Assembly (NCBI GenBank): GCA_032718475.1
Contig: JAUCBJ010009060.1
Span: 1 to 64,000 of the forward strand
Length of the DNA: 64,000 nucleotides
DNA from: Nemertoderma westbladi
Lineage: Eukaryota; Animalia; Xenacoelomorpha
Direction: 5' to 3'
Shown: one piece after another, positions 31,638 through 43,483 of the stretch
How the letters are laid out: every line of letters begins with the position of its first letter
Numbering within the stretch: position 1 is the first letter of the stretch
Position numbers and translations under genes: made by a program
The notes under the pieces: model-generated
The model's input: the letters and a program-made list of their open reading frames with translations, nothing else
What the model was told of the DNA's origin: nothing
Database searches by the model: none

Positions 31638-34600
31638 TGTATTCAAGTAATAATAATACTATTGAGAGAATTGAGTAGGCCTAACATTACTACAGAACTG
31701 CAATTACAGAAGTGACATCTGAAGACATAGCTAGCTGCATTCCTAAGCTGTATAAAATATGCTTATACTGTAATTATGGTCCAATTGTTGACCATATATA
31801 TACCAATGCAGAAATATTTTTGCGCAGTAATCCTTAAGATAAATCTAATATTATATCATCAAATTTCAAAATTTTCATTAACACATTTTTTTCACAATGA
31901 AATTATATATATTAGATAAATCATTTATATATTAAAACAATTAAAGTCACTGTTAACTAACTATATTTATTGAACATTATTTTTGTAAATAATTTATTAA
32001 AATTAAATATATATTAAAGTTAATTAGCTGTAAATAGCACAATGTCGGTACTTATTACCAACTTTACGAAAAAATCAAACTATCTGGGTATGAAATGCGT
32101 TTCAAACAACCACATTTGAACAGTTTCATATGTAATTTTTAACAAAATATGGATAACTTCGTCAATTTTTACAGTATTGCTGCGAAACTATTGATCAGGG
32201 GTCTTCAAAAGTGTGTTCTATACCCACTAAATCGGCAATTGCGGTTCCAATGATACCACTTTCGAGTTCATAGGACCATTGAAACTCTATTTACATCATA
32301 TTCACTACACAACCCACTATGCGTAAGGTAAAAATGGGACATATGGCACCAAAATTAATGTCTACTGATGAAAATGAAATTTTTTTCAAAATTTTTTTGT
32401 TTTTCATAATTCTGAGATGATAGCGGTCAGAATGTGGGGCGACCCCCTTGATTTCAAAGACATGACCTAAAAAGTGCTATCTACCTCCTACCCCTACTTT
32501 AAGGCAGCAGATAGAGATTCCATAGAGTATGACGCCCAGGCAACGCAGGCAGCCATGAAGTTTTGCGTAAAATTGAGGGAAAAGAGCAGGTTACAGAGGC
32601 TGGCTTTTCTAACCCAAACAATAAACGGCCACTTTCCCAAATGAGGGAAAGGAGCAGATTACAGAGGCATGCTTTTCTAACCAAAACAATAAACGGCCAC
32701 TTTACCAATTGAGGGAAAGCAGCGGGTTACCTAGGTGGGCTATTCTAACCAAAACATTAAACGATTACTTTACCAATTGAGGGAAACCATATGGTCAGAC
32801 TTCTAGTCAGCTAGTAGTCATTAGTCACATGGTCAGACTGTCAGTAGTCACTCTATAACCAAAAAAATCAGGCACTCAAGCAATAGGCAGATAGGTACCG
32901 GTGCGCAGCTGTATGACAATTAGAAACTGTTGAAAAGGACGGTCCCCAAAGTAACAGGACCAGCTAAAAAAATTAATGTTTCCAATTACCCCATGGCACT
33001 AAAATTTGACCATTTTTAAATTATGTTGAACAAACAAATTTTTAATTATGCTATCATTAAATTAGGTTGTCTACTGAATAGATGACATAATAAGCTTTAA
33101 ATTAAGCTATTGCTTAAGATAATTGGAATAAGACATCGCTCACAATCCATTTGTGAAGTTGCAAAAAAATAATCGAAAATTTGATTTTTTTTTCATCTTT
33201 TATACAATCAGCCATTTGACAATGAAGAAGTGAAAATAAACGCCATATTCCTATTGGAAAAATAATCACCAATAATTTATCTCAATAAACATCAAAATTT
33301 CAAGTCTATACATACAAAAGCATGCATGTAGTAGCCATTGCTTCTAATTACCCCATGTTTCTAATTCCCCCACCTTCCCCTATTCTTCACATCCGGGCGG
33401 TATTCTTCACATGGGTCGAGACCAAAATTTGGCACCAGCCGCTAAAAACAAGTTTAAAATTTCTAGCTTATTTAATTTGAATTCCTTTTAGTTCATTTCA
33501 GTCAGTCAGTTAGTCTTTTAGTTAGTATCGTTAGTTTCAGAGAGGGGGGGGGGGGGGGGGGTGGGTGTTATATTGCATATTGACCCCCCGGGTTTAAGGG
33601 GAATACCGGGGAAACTTCACATATTTCATCACATATTTTCGAATATTCATTAGTCATTACCAATACTGCACTTCTGCATCGTACCGCTATGTATGAAAAG
33701 ACTGATATTTTTCTCAAATTTCCCGGTCCCCTTGGGGAAAAACGGGAAAAAGGATGCGAAAAATTTTCCCAAAATTTTTAAAGATTTTATTACCAGTACC
33801 AGTAATGGCTTTTTTTTAAGGATAAACATGGTTTTCTCAATCAATATTTGTATTAGGCCTATACACAACAGCCTAACAGCATCATAATCAGAGTATAATA
33901 ATATAAATATATAGGAGTATTAAACAATACAAAGCATGCAAATTAATTTCACCATTTTTTTAGGTAAAGGAGCAGGTTACAAACAGACAAAGGCAGGCTT
34001 TTCTAACCAAAACAATAAACGGCAAATTTACCAATTGAGGGAAAGGAGTACGTTACAGAGGCGGGCTTTTCTTACCAGCTTACCAAACAATAAAGCATAA
34101 CTTTACCAATAACCAAAACAATAAACGGCCACTTTACCAATTGGGGGAAAGGAGCAGGTTACAGAGGCGGGCTTTGTAACCAAAACAATACACGATCACC
34201 ACATGATCACTTTACCAATTGAGGGTACCATATGGTCGAGACAGTCAGTCTGTCAGTAGAAAAAATTGTTAATGAAAAAAAATTGTCAAAGGTGTTCATA
34301 AAATAAAATAAGCGGTAGGCCTATAGGCCGCCTATAGAAGTGTTTCAAGGGACGGTCGCCAAAGTAATTACCCCGCAGTAGTTTTAGTTAGTACAGTACC
34401 GGTAGCCTACTGCTACCAAAACGGAAGCTGTTGTCGGGTTGTGTTTATACACCTGAACACCTGTATGTACGTACACCAATACTGGTGAACCGGTCACCGG
34501 TACCGGTACAATAAATAACAGCTGCCAGTAATACAGTAATACTGCAGTTGTAAAAAATTTAGTGCCCCTGGAACCGGAAAGAGCCCCCACTAGGGAGAAT

Positions 34601-35411
34601 ACACTAGGGAATTTTAACCGGGTGTGATTTTGCATGGCAGCAAGGGCAGTGAAAATTCTCTGTTACACCGGCTGACCGGCACTCTGTTTGCTGTTACACC
34701 AGATTTGGCAATAAACATCAGAACATTGCCATATGTGGCAACTTTCAGACTTTAGACAGTTAGACTGTTAGAGGTTGCCAGATTTGGCCATTGAACATCC
34801 CACTTTTGCTGCAGTGGGATGTAATTATAATTATACTGTAATCAGGTAGTACACATAATAACCAAAATATCAGCTTACAATACTACATAGAACAGTAGAA
34901 CGTACAGACGTATGGCTGCTTAAAACATAGGCCTATAATCTGCAAAATTTGAAAAATTATGTTTATTTACTCTTGCACTTTTCATTTTAGCACCGAACAT
35001 GGTAGGTGTATTCAACTGCGGAATTTAAAAAGCATGCCATTGAAATCGGCGTACCAGTACCAGAAAACCTATATGTAATTGCTGTACTGCCTAGGCCTAT
35101 ACTCTGATACTCCAACTCCTACTGTCCTACCCCAGCATCCATATGTCCACTGTCCAGTACCAGAGTACCCCCGGTACGTGACATAGGCTGTAGGCCAGTA
35201 GGCCTATGCAGCTATGACTGTGTATGACATAACCCATAACCAACCTACCCGTAGCAGCAGTACAGCAGTAGCACAGGCTGACACTAATTAGCTGATGATT
35301 TGAATGACATGAGCCAAACAAGCCTGAAATCAGATAAATAATGGTATTGGTACCGGTATAGCAGTATTGTGCGCCACCTTGAGGATTACGCGGGTAATAT
35401 TTATTAAGTTC

Positions 35412-36584
35412 AGTCTTGTTCAGTCTATTTCTCTACGATCTCCCAGTTGTAATACTCGCTGTTGGGTGCCTCCTGTTCATGTACGCTGATGATGTAGCCA
35501 TCACCGGAACCACCATCGCAGAAGTACAAGCGGGACTCGACAACCTCTCCGACTATTGCAAAGAATACGATCTGATCGTTAATAAATCCAAAACAAAGGC
35601 CATGAAATTCCGGCGCGGTGGTCGGCTTTGTAAGTCGGACATCCTCATGTACCAAGGATCGCCTCTCGAGTTCGTCAACTCTTTCGAGTACCTCGGAGTC
35701 GTACTGACAACCACTGCTTGTGCGTCCGGTCACTACACTCACCTGCATAAACGAGGGATCTCCTCCTGCATGAGATTGGCTTCCCGGGTCAATTTCAATA
35801 ACATATCAATTGTAACAGCTGGTCGATTGTGGCGCGCGGTTGTCCTTCCGTCTACCACATACGGTTGCTCCGTCTACGGCGTTTCCGCGGCCGACGCGCC
35901 CAGCTTACCACACGTGGAGCTCGTTCGCGCGTTCTACTGGAAACTGTGGTGCGGGGTGAGCAAATACGCCTCCACCACGGCAATCCTAAACGCGGTCGAC
36001 CGCCCTGCAGAGAACGGCGAGCTCTCCCTCCTCGAACTCACAGGCTACAGGCGCCGCGCTGCAGCCCAATTCATCTCCAATGGCTCGCACCACAAGCTCT
36101 GCCGCAGTAAAGGGTGTTGGCGGCCGACCCCCACATGCGTCTGCCGTCTCTGCGACGACCAGGCGACGGACAAGGACCACGGCCTCAGTTGCACTGGCGT
36201 CCCGACTCTACTAACAACAGTAAAACGCTCACTGTTCCTGTACGCCGTGAAATGATCTATTCTAATTTTTACACGATCTATTTTAAAACTTCCCCCAGCC
36301 ACGCTATAACCAAACATTGAATTGTACAATATTTCAACCATGCAACGACATTTTATTATATTATATATATTTTTTACTATTTTTATTATATTATATATTC
36401 ATTTTATTATATCCCCATCTCCAAATAACCTATAAATAATGTGTATCCCATTTTCCATTATCTGTCATACAATACAGTATTATATGGTCACATAACAACT
36501 TTCATATTTTACAGTAGGCCTACCTACCTTTATGTGCATGTTTATTTTATTTACACCATATGTTGGTATTAAAGCTTTCGTTTC
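35412..36584 (+). mobile_element. 5'-truncated non-LTR retrotransposon (L2/Daphne/CR1-group-like)
   Basis: 13-bp TSD ATTTATTAAGTTC at 35399-35411 and 36585-36597; ATTAAA signal and a short TTTCG/TTTC tail before the 3' TSD. Confidence 0.88.
35416..36255 (+). pseudogene. C-terminal part of LINE ORF2 (RT core end, thumb, Cys/His motif)
   Basis: LFSLFL, MYADD, KTKAMKFRRGG, FEYLG and CRLC...H...C; no endonuclease or N-terminal RT. Confidence 0.88.
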
Positions 36585-36683
36585 ATTTATTAAGTTCTTA
36601 GAAGGGAATGTATTATTTTAATGTAATCTACTATATTACAAGCTAATAGCGCTGTCGCGACACGGTTGTTTATTTCATATGAT

Positions 36684-36797
36684 GGCCCTGAAAAGGGCCG
36701 TTTGGATTGGTTCAAGACGTTCAGTAGTTGGCCCTGAAAAGGAGCGTTTGGGTTGGTTAAATCGGGTTGTCGTACAGTAGTTGGCCCTGAAAGGGCC
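36684..36797 (-). promoter_or_regulatory. Three tandem histone-mRNA-type 3' stem-loops
   Basis: Minus strand CCAAACGGCCCTTTTCAGGGCCATCA (stem-loop 36684-36699, canonical), plus degenerate copies at 36730-36745 and 36783-36797. Confidence 0.7.
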
Positions 36798-36884
36798 GTT
36801 TGTGTTGGTTAGGTCAGGTGATATAGACATTCAGCAAGGGTAGTATGTTTGAAAGGAGCAAGGAGATTTGAGAAAGGTCGGTCG

Positions 36885-37166
36885 CGATTTAAATGTCTCA
36901 AACCACGTTCCAGAACGTGCAGTTCGTTTTGTGCTTATTATAGTATATTACCGCCGGAGCAACGCCATACAAGCCTCATGAATCCCCTGTCCTTCATCAG
37001 CGTAATTTTAGATTTCCCGGAAAAGGACAAAGACGTAGGGTTTGTTGCCCATTTGGTTGTTAGAGTACGGGGGAGAACTGAGAAGCTCCACGCTTTGCGC
37101 AAACTTAATAGCGCGCTCCTCAGATTCGATCAGTTTACCAATCTCATTAAAATTAAATTCACCCAT
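36885..37166 (-). pseudogene. N-terminal relic of a Merlin (ISXO2/IS1595-like) transposase
   Basis: Across frames: MGEFNFNEIGKLIESEERAIKFAQSVELL..., LMKDRGFMRLVWRC, RTARSGTWFE. This resembles the Merlin N-terminal pattern (AI.F.Q..GLL..WRC..S.R.GTWFE). DDE domain absent. Confidence 0.55.
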
Positions 37167-38054
37167 ATGACGGTGACAGTAACAGTAGGCCCAATACAGT
37201 AATATTAGTGATCTAGTACATATAACACAATACTAATAGAATAGTATGAGACATATCACATATCCACATTGTCCTCAAGATGGCGCACAATGACAATACT
37301 GCTATACCGGTACCAATTTTTATCAGTTTCTAATCTGATTTCAGGAGTGTTTATCATGGATTAAAATCAAGGGTCCTTATTGGTTAAAATTGAAATGAAA
37401 CTCACAAATTAAAATTGAGCGATTCTATCACAAAATTGGTATTTAAGAAATTTAACTAAACCGCAGATAAATCAAATAAGAGGGGACAGCTCCTCCCCTT
37501 CAACACCCCCCCCCCCCCCCCCCCCCCCCCCCAACTTAATCTGTATCCCAAAGGCGCACAGAGGATTGATGTCAGGCAGATACTGTATTAACAGAATAGG
37601 CGGTGTTTTAAAAGTAATATAATTTAGGCGTAGAGGCGACCCAATTTGTAAGAAATATATTAAAACTTGCCTTATGCCGATAGTATGGATGATACTGAAA
37701 TATTAATTTACCATGCATATAAACGCTTCAACGAAATTATTTAGCTAATTATTCCAAAGAATCACGATTACAATACGCATCTAATCATTTTGCGAGATAA
37801 ACAATGAGCAAGCTGTCTTATTAGTCATGTACAGTATATTAGTCTTATTAGTCTGGCTCTTTACACTGCTGCCTGTCCTATAGATGTAATTATTCATTGC
37901 TCGAGCAGCGGGAGGTGGGAGTGGTTCCCAGCTAAGCAATAGAAGCAGGCCATGGAATGAGGAAGGTGGAAGTATAGTATGGAAAAACGGGGCATTCTAA
38001 TAACTTAACATTTAGATCAATTAAAAATACACCCGTACATTACTTAAAGCAATA

Positions 38055-39115
38055 CTTAACTCCCAAAAGAACCCAAAAAACCCAATAGAACCCAATAGAA
38101 CCCAAAAGAACCTAAATTTGTTTTCAACATTATATTTTACCTCCAAATCTGCTGCAGATGTCCTCTTGCGCAGATTTTCTGCCACTTGTGCTTGAATTTA
38201 TTCTTCGAATTAACTAACCTGACTCTTAACCCGACCTAATAGAATACTGACATTCTACTGTAAGTTACTTGTTAAGTCACGCAGAAAAACTCAAACACAC
38301 ATGCAGGCAGACTATTAACGTATCGGCTTTACAAACTTGCAGCGTTGCAGGGCCTCTTCTACGTAAACAGTAGGATTATTCATAAGCCTAGGGGCTGCGG
38401 CCTGGAGGTGGCATCTAAATCTGAAATTAACCGATGAGTGTATAGTATGCGGAAAATATGATTCCATAAAAAAGGAACTCAGACATTTTTCCATCTAGCT
38501 GGAGACTGTTGAAAATAAACTTTTTATCTTATTGATGCCTGCAAATTTTCAATTCGACAGATTTAAATCCGACAAAGATGGATCCCCGGCCACCCCACTA
38601 TCAGTGTCAGTTCGCAGAGGATCTGCAAACTGCAATACGACAAGAGTGAAAACAAATAACTCAAATTAAACAGTAGGCTACGCCACCTTATACTAAATCA
38701 GTCACAGTCTCGAGAAATGCGAGATTTCGGTTTGGATACATGTTGGTTAAATATAGGCCTACTGTCACAGAGGATAGATTTTCCAAACAAAAACAATAAA
38801 GGTTTCTTTAGCAATACAGGGAAAGGAGCAGGTTACAAAGGCGGGCTTCACTAACCAAATCAATAAACCTTTTCTTTAGCAATACAGGGAAAGGAACAGA
38901 TTACAAAGGCGGGCTTTTCTAACCAAAACAATAAACCTTTTATTTAGCAATACAGGGAAAGGAGCAGGTTACAAAGGCGAACTTTTTTAACCAAAACAAT
39001 AAAGGTTTTCATTAGCAATACAAGAGAATGAGCTGGTTACAGAGGCGGACTTTTCTAAACAAAACCTTAAACCATTGGGTTCTTTTGGGTTTTTTGGATT
39101 CTTTAGGGAGTTTAG
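38055..39115. mobile_element. TA-flanked MITE
   Basis: TA|CTTAACTCCCAAAAGAACCCAAAAAACCCAA ... TTGGGTTCTTTTGGGTTTTTTGGATTCTTTAGGGAGTTTAG|TA; carries 4-5 copies of the ~65-bp minisatellite. Confidence 0.75.
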
Positions 39116-39200
39116 TAGGACCGGTTTATCATCGCAGTTTATCATTGGGGTCAGCGATCAACCTACCGCGCAATGTAACCGACTCAGTATCTGTGGAAGC

Positions 39201-40411
39201 TGTTCGCGCTTTCAGACCTTTGGCAGTTTAACCCGCCAAATTAGGATGTCTGTTAGATAATAAATCACCTTTAGCCTATGACAAATACTTGATTCACTAC
39301 ACTAGTCGAAACCAATCTGTGCGCGATCATTCACCCGCTGGATATACCCGGGAGATTGGGTTCGACGGCTTAATTTTATTGCTATGTAAGCCTAATGTAT
39401 TATTCGACTGACAGTATTATATAATCTCTGACAATATTATTCACCTTCGGGAAATATTAACAGTTCCTTTAGGACGTGGCGCTCTATCTATATAAACAGA
39501 GTTATGACTTAAACTACTCACAACGATATGGCTTAGTTATAATTCACATATATGGCGCATTCTTTAGGAAATGCTTCGTTATCAGTCTCACTCATACACA
39601 ATGCTGCACAATACTGCACACTAATCTGCCGATCTTCACTGATTTTAGTCACATATAAAAGGAACACAGGCCGACTCATGTAGGGTCTATCAAATAACAT
39701 TAGATTCACTTCAAACCACTTTAACATAAGTCACAATCGTTATATATAACCTTTCTCTCTTACCTTCGGTATATCAAGAATATTGGGTTTTCGGGGTTAT
39801 TTATCGTTATTCCAAATATAATAATTCATCAACCAAATTATGAAGAACCGACAGTAAATAGCAGTATAACAATATAAAGTAAGCACAGTATGGGCCAGTT
39901 GAGCAGTGTTAACCGGTGCAGATAACATTGAGTTACCCAGTGTGATGTCAGATAACGGATATATGTCCTTATAATTAAGCCTACTAGTGTTAGGCTAAAA
40001 CAGAAAAGCACAAATATTCCAAAAGCCGGTTCTTAGGCTCTGGGCAAAAACATAACACTGAACACTGATAAGAATAACTATAAGAATACCAGCTACCCTT
40101 ATTCTACAAGATCTCACTCACCACAGAGAATGAGCATACAGATAGGAAATTCAGTTCAGTAGATCTGTGATAGGTCAAAATCAAAACCAACTCAAATCCT
40201 ATTGGCAGATACAGAAAGCAGGGCTATGGGGCAACCTTCCCAAGCTGGTTGGACGATCGAACATAGCCCAGATCCCTTCGTACAGCAAATCAGCCAATCA
40301 GCCGGTAGCTTGCACTATTCGAGCTAGAGATCCCTTTTAGAGCATTCCAGCGCCTTGGGGGGAACTGGTTAGCAAAGCAAACGAATCAGTTATCCCACAA
40401 AAGCTTTTACA
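39201..40411 (-). repeat. 3' LTR of BEL element 2
   Basis: TGTTCGCG...AAAAGCTTTTACA; same termini as the element 1 LTRs. Confidence 0.95.
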
Positions 40412-40489
40412 CCGCTCCCAGAAAATGGGATTTAAGTCTATAAAATATACAAAATCACAGTTTCTAAAATACGAGAATACTCTAAACAG

Positions 40490-41830
40490 TTAGTCTTTCT
40501 TGCGCAGACGGCGTTTACGCAGTTTTTTAAAGCTAGCAAGAGTCTTTTTCTCTTTGGGGCGAGCCACTTTACAAGGAGGGCTATAACTCCTGGGTGAAGG
40601 GTGCAATATGATTGCATCAGAAGGCGTGGGATTATAGTCGGGGTATCCGCCGTTTCAATATGTTTCTCCTCGAGCTGATTTTCCTCCGCTCATCGTTGGA
40701 TACGTTCGTCTAAAACTCTCGCCGAGAATAGGGTCGTCTAAGTTCAATATCGTCTTAGAGACTATGGATTTCCCAATCGAACTGGGATAAAGCCAATCCG
40801 TTTACCGCTTGGACTTGCTGTTATAATTTAGGTTTATCTGAGCAAACGTAGATTTCTTTTCTGATCTTTGTAGAATAGCGTCTATCTCTTTTCGTACAAC
40901 GCTCTCCTCCACCTTGATGACAGGTGGTATCGTGTTAAACGGGAACGATTCCGATTATACGATTGAATGGCGATATCGGGTGCCCGTGCCCCAATCCGGC
41001 CAGGTAAGATGGGCGGATATTTAGGGAGCCCACAACCTGAGTGCCACCGACTAACGGTTCGGGTAACACTGGATCTCTGAACGGTAAGTACAGTTCGTGA
41101 TAATCCGTGATACTGTTAGGATCAAGAGTCTGAGGTCTAACTAAGGAATGAGGAGGTCTGACCGAGCATTCCGGAACTCAGATCATAGGTCTACTCAAGG
41201 ATCGCCTGAGTCGAGAGAGCGTGGGTAACACATCGAACAAGTTTCTCCCGAAACTCCCGCAAACACAGCGAGCAAACCGCGTTCAAAGCAACGTCTCCAC
41301 TGGTGTTCATGTCTTTCCGTTTGTTGGTTGGTCTAGGGCATTTATCGTAATAATACCAAAGACGCACGTCTTGTAGGGGAAACGCGGATGATATTTATTT
41401 GTTGTTACAATGCTTCTATCAAGAATTCCAAATATATGTTGGAGTTACCGCGTTTATTTGTTTCTTTAATGTCTTTTCTTTCGAGTCGATTTCGAATAGG
41501 ATTTTCGCATTAGAATTTTGGTTTATCGTTTCGACTCCTCTGGGTAGGATATGTTCGACATAGTCCTTATCGTGTAAATCGATAGAATGGCCAATGGTTA
41601 AGAAGTCCATATACATACCATTACAATGCGTGTAGCGAGCGGTGGATTTTCCATAGTCCAATTCACGCGTAAGTTACTTCCAGGAAATCGTAGGTTCGAT
41701 ATAACAACCATCATCCTTCGTAGTAGTTGGACAAGTATCACCGCGTATCAAGCTATCAACAAACGCTTGAAAGTAGATTATATCGCTCCCTGATACCAAG
41801 ACCATCTTCTATCAACTCCGTCATATCTGC
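40490..41830 (-). pseudogene. Decayed extra ORF between pol and the 3' LTR (element 2)
   Basis: Fragments DYGKSTARYTHCNGMYMDFLTIGHSID... and ILHPSPRSYSPPCKVARPKEKKTLASFKKLRKRRLRKKD*; interrupted. Confidence 0.5.
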
Positions 41831-41907
41831 TATATATGAGTTTATTAATATTATAATGAGTTTATATTTAGGCTAGCGAGCGTCGCTGCCTACCCCAATC
41901 CGCCCCC

Positions 41908-42013
41908 GGACAGTGCGAGATCCTCAGCACCGATGTGTCGTCGCCGCTGTACTTTCGCCAACGACGTAGCCGCACAACGACAACGACAACCGGTACAAGT
42001 CACTCGACTGTCC
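41908..42013 (-). other. Conserved rod-like RNA hairpin, element 2 copy
   Basis: UGUCGUUGUCGUUGUGC/GUACAGCGGCGACGACA stem plus GUACCGGU/AUCGGUGC and GGACAGU/ACUGUCC. Confidence 0.65.
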
Positions 42014-43483
42014 GTCCCAAAGGCTTAGATACACCTCAGGTTCTTACTGGAGAGTTAGGGTTACTTTCACAATTGCGACTCGCTACTGTAAACACACCTT
42101 AGTAGTAACATTCGCCTATAAACTCACAAATACCACACACACAACTTGTCACAAATTACACACACGCGGGTCACTTGTCCGTTAGTCAATGCCTTCCAGA
42201 ATGTCACTGTATTATTATGTATCCTTGGATACTATCAGTGCACTATTTATTCTCTATGCTATTCAATGGGACAAGCTTTCTATTGTTCTTTTAACTCAAT
42301 TCTAATTCTAGCGTGGTTGTTGCTATGGTGACATTATGTAAAGCTAGCGGTAGAATTAGGGTAATTCCAATGCATACAGATCTGGGATGTTATTTAATAG
42401 TAATTCTTTAATAGTCAATGTCCTGTTTTATACATGACTTTATGAATTTTATCGGCTATTGACTATGTTTGGGAGACTTTCGCACACTCATACGCATAAT
42501 AAGATAAATCTCCGCTCCCTTGATCTATTAATTAATGGAATTTTGGGAATGTTATAAATTGCGTAAAATGGCAATTTATTAAATCCATTAAAAGATATGA
42601 ATTTAAATTTATTCCCTGAAATTTTATTATTTGATAATTAAATGGACATATTTTGAGTCTAGGACATGTCTGGGGACACAAGATCCTTAATTCTATGAAA
42701 ATTGTCCTTTTAAGGATATCGGTAAATGCTACGATATCTTAATTGACTAGAATTGTTGAAGGATCTGAATTTTACAGATTTTGATTTATTAGATTTGCAA
42801 ATATTAAATAATTAATATTTGAGATGGGCACCGATTTATTCCAGAACTTGTCTGGGGACGTTAAACACTGATTCTAGAATTTGTCTTTCAAGTATATCGG
42901 TGGGTGCCACGATATCTTAATCGACTAGAATTACAGATGGTCAAAGTGTTTAACAGATTTATTTTGCGTTATACGCTACTGTTAAAGGGACATCACGCTA
43001 CTATATGTATTATTTAATATACGGTATGAGAGCAATATCGCACGAAGCAATGTCAGTGTGAAGAGGCAAGTCGTTTCCAAGGTCTACCCAGAGCTTGGTT
43101 TAGCCGAGACACGAGGATCTGAACTTTGCATTCCTAATACTCTGCCTACCAATAATACTTGAATATAGTAGTGGCTTTATTGTACTTTAATAAGTACGGA
43201 CATTTCATCTTACTGTAGTTACGTATTTATAATGTAATACGGACAGTAAAGAAAGAGAAAAAGAATTATTTCTCGCCGTCGCACTAAATATAATATAAGT
43301 AATTACGTACGCAATAAACACGAATATATTGCACTATTCTACTAAATAATCTCTAAAATAACATGTTACTAAATAAAATTAAATAAAACGATTAAAATAA
43401 AATTATATAATAATACATACATAAATATAAAAATAAAACAAATACAAATATAATAATATGGTCACACACCCACTCCAGCCATT

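Larger units (their letters stand above)
27472..32498 (-). mobile_element. Autonomous-looking DDE DNA transposon, probably Kolobok-like
   Basis: ~130-bp imperfect TIRs AGTAGGGGTAGGAGGTA...GGGGGTCGCCCCACATTCT...TTTTCATCAGTAGACAT and its reverse complement; flanks TTTA / TTAA. AG...CT termini with TTAA fit Kolobok. Confidence 0.75.
26699..33380. mobile_element. TA-flanked TIR element (Tc1/mariner-pogo-like, non-autonomous), interrupted by the Kolobok-like element
   Basis: TA|GGGGAAAGTGGGGGAATTAGAAACA ... TGTTTCTAATTCCCCCACCTTCCCC|TA, inserted at the TA of CTGGTATTCTTCAC in repeat X. Internal TIR-motif copies (26898-26935, ~32977, ~33341) and a hairpin at 26838-26880. Confidence 0.85.
14560..33423 (+). 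mobile_element. Dispersed repeat X, split by two later insertions
   Basis: Pieces 14560-14831, 26615-26698 and 33381-33423 join into sequence collinear with 6638-6904 (…AAATCCTGGTA|TTCTTCACAT…). Confidence 0.7.
13248..34671. mobile_element. Outer TIR DNA element A (MULE-like, non-autonomous) that hosts the nested cluster
   Basis: Left CCGGTGTAGCAGAGAAT...CGGTTAAAATTTCCTAGTGTATT; right AATACACTAGGGAATTTTAACCG...ATTCTCTGTTACACCGG. Flanks CTGCCAGTA / CTGACCGGCA resemble a degenerate 9-bp TSD. Confidence 0.6.
35296..37372. mobile_element. Degenerate inverted-repeat (foldback) element enclosing the LINE and the Merlin relic
   Basis: CCTGAAATCAGAT..TTGGTACCGGTATAGCAGTATTGTGCGCCACCTTGAGGA (35323-35385) is inverted at ~37270-37345. 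Outer ends uncertain. Confidence 0.55.

Noticed and set aside
36684-36797. Hairpin repeats as lambda boxB, a CRISPR or a histone gene end
   Set aside because: The plus strand resembles boxB only superficially; the minus strand matches the histone stem-loop including flanks. No histone ORF lies upstream, and there are only three degenerate units.
36849-37202. 117-aa plus-strand ORF
   Set aside because: TTG start, no motifs, and antisense to the Merlin-like relic.
37506-37532. Long C/G homopolymers (also ~1440, ~13266, ~33544) as functional G-quadruplex elements
   Set aside because: Simple runs inside repeats with unreliable length and no supporting context.
39476-39727. Short ORFs inside LTRs (also 15342-15581, 25689-25901, 63222-63404)
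   Set aside because: Non-ATG or short, and not preserved between the two LTR subfamilies.
40412-43483. env gene
   Set aside because: No long ORF, signal peptide or transmembrane anchor recognisable.
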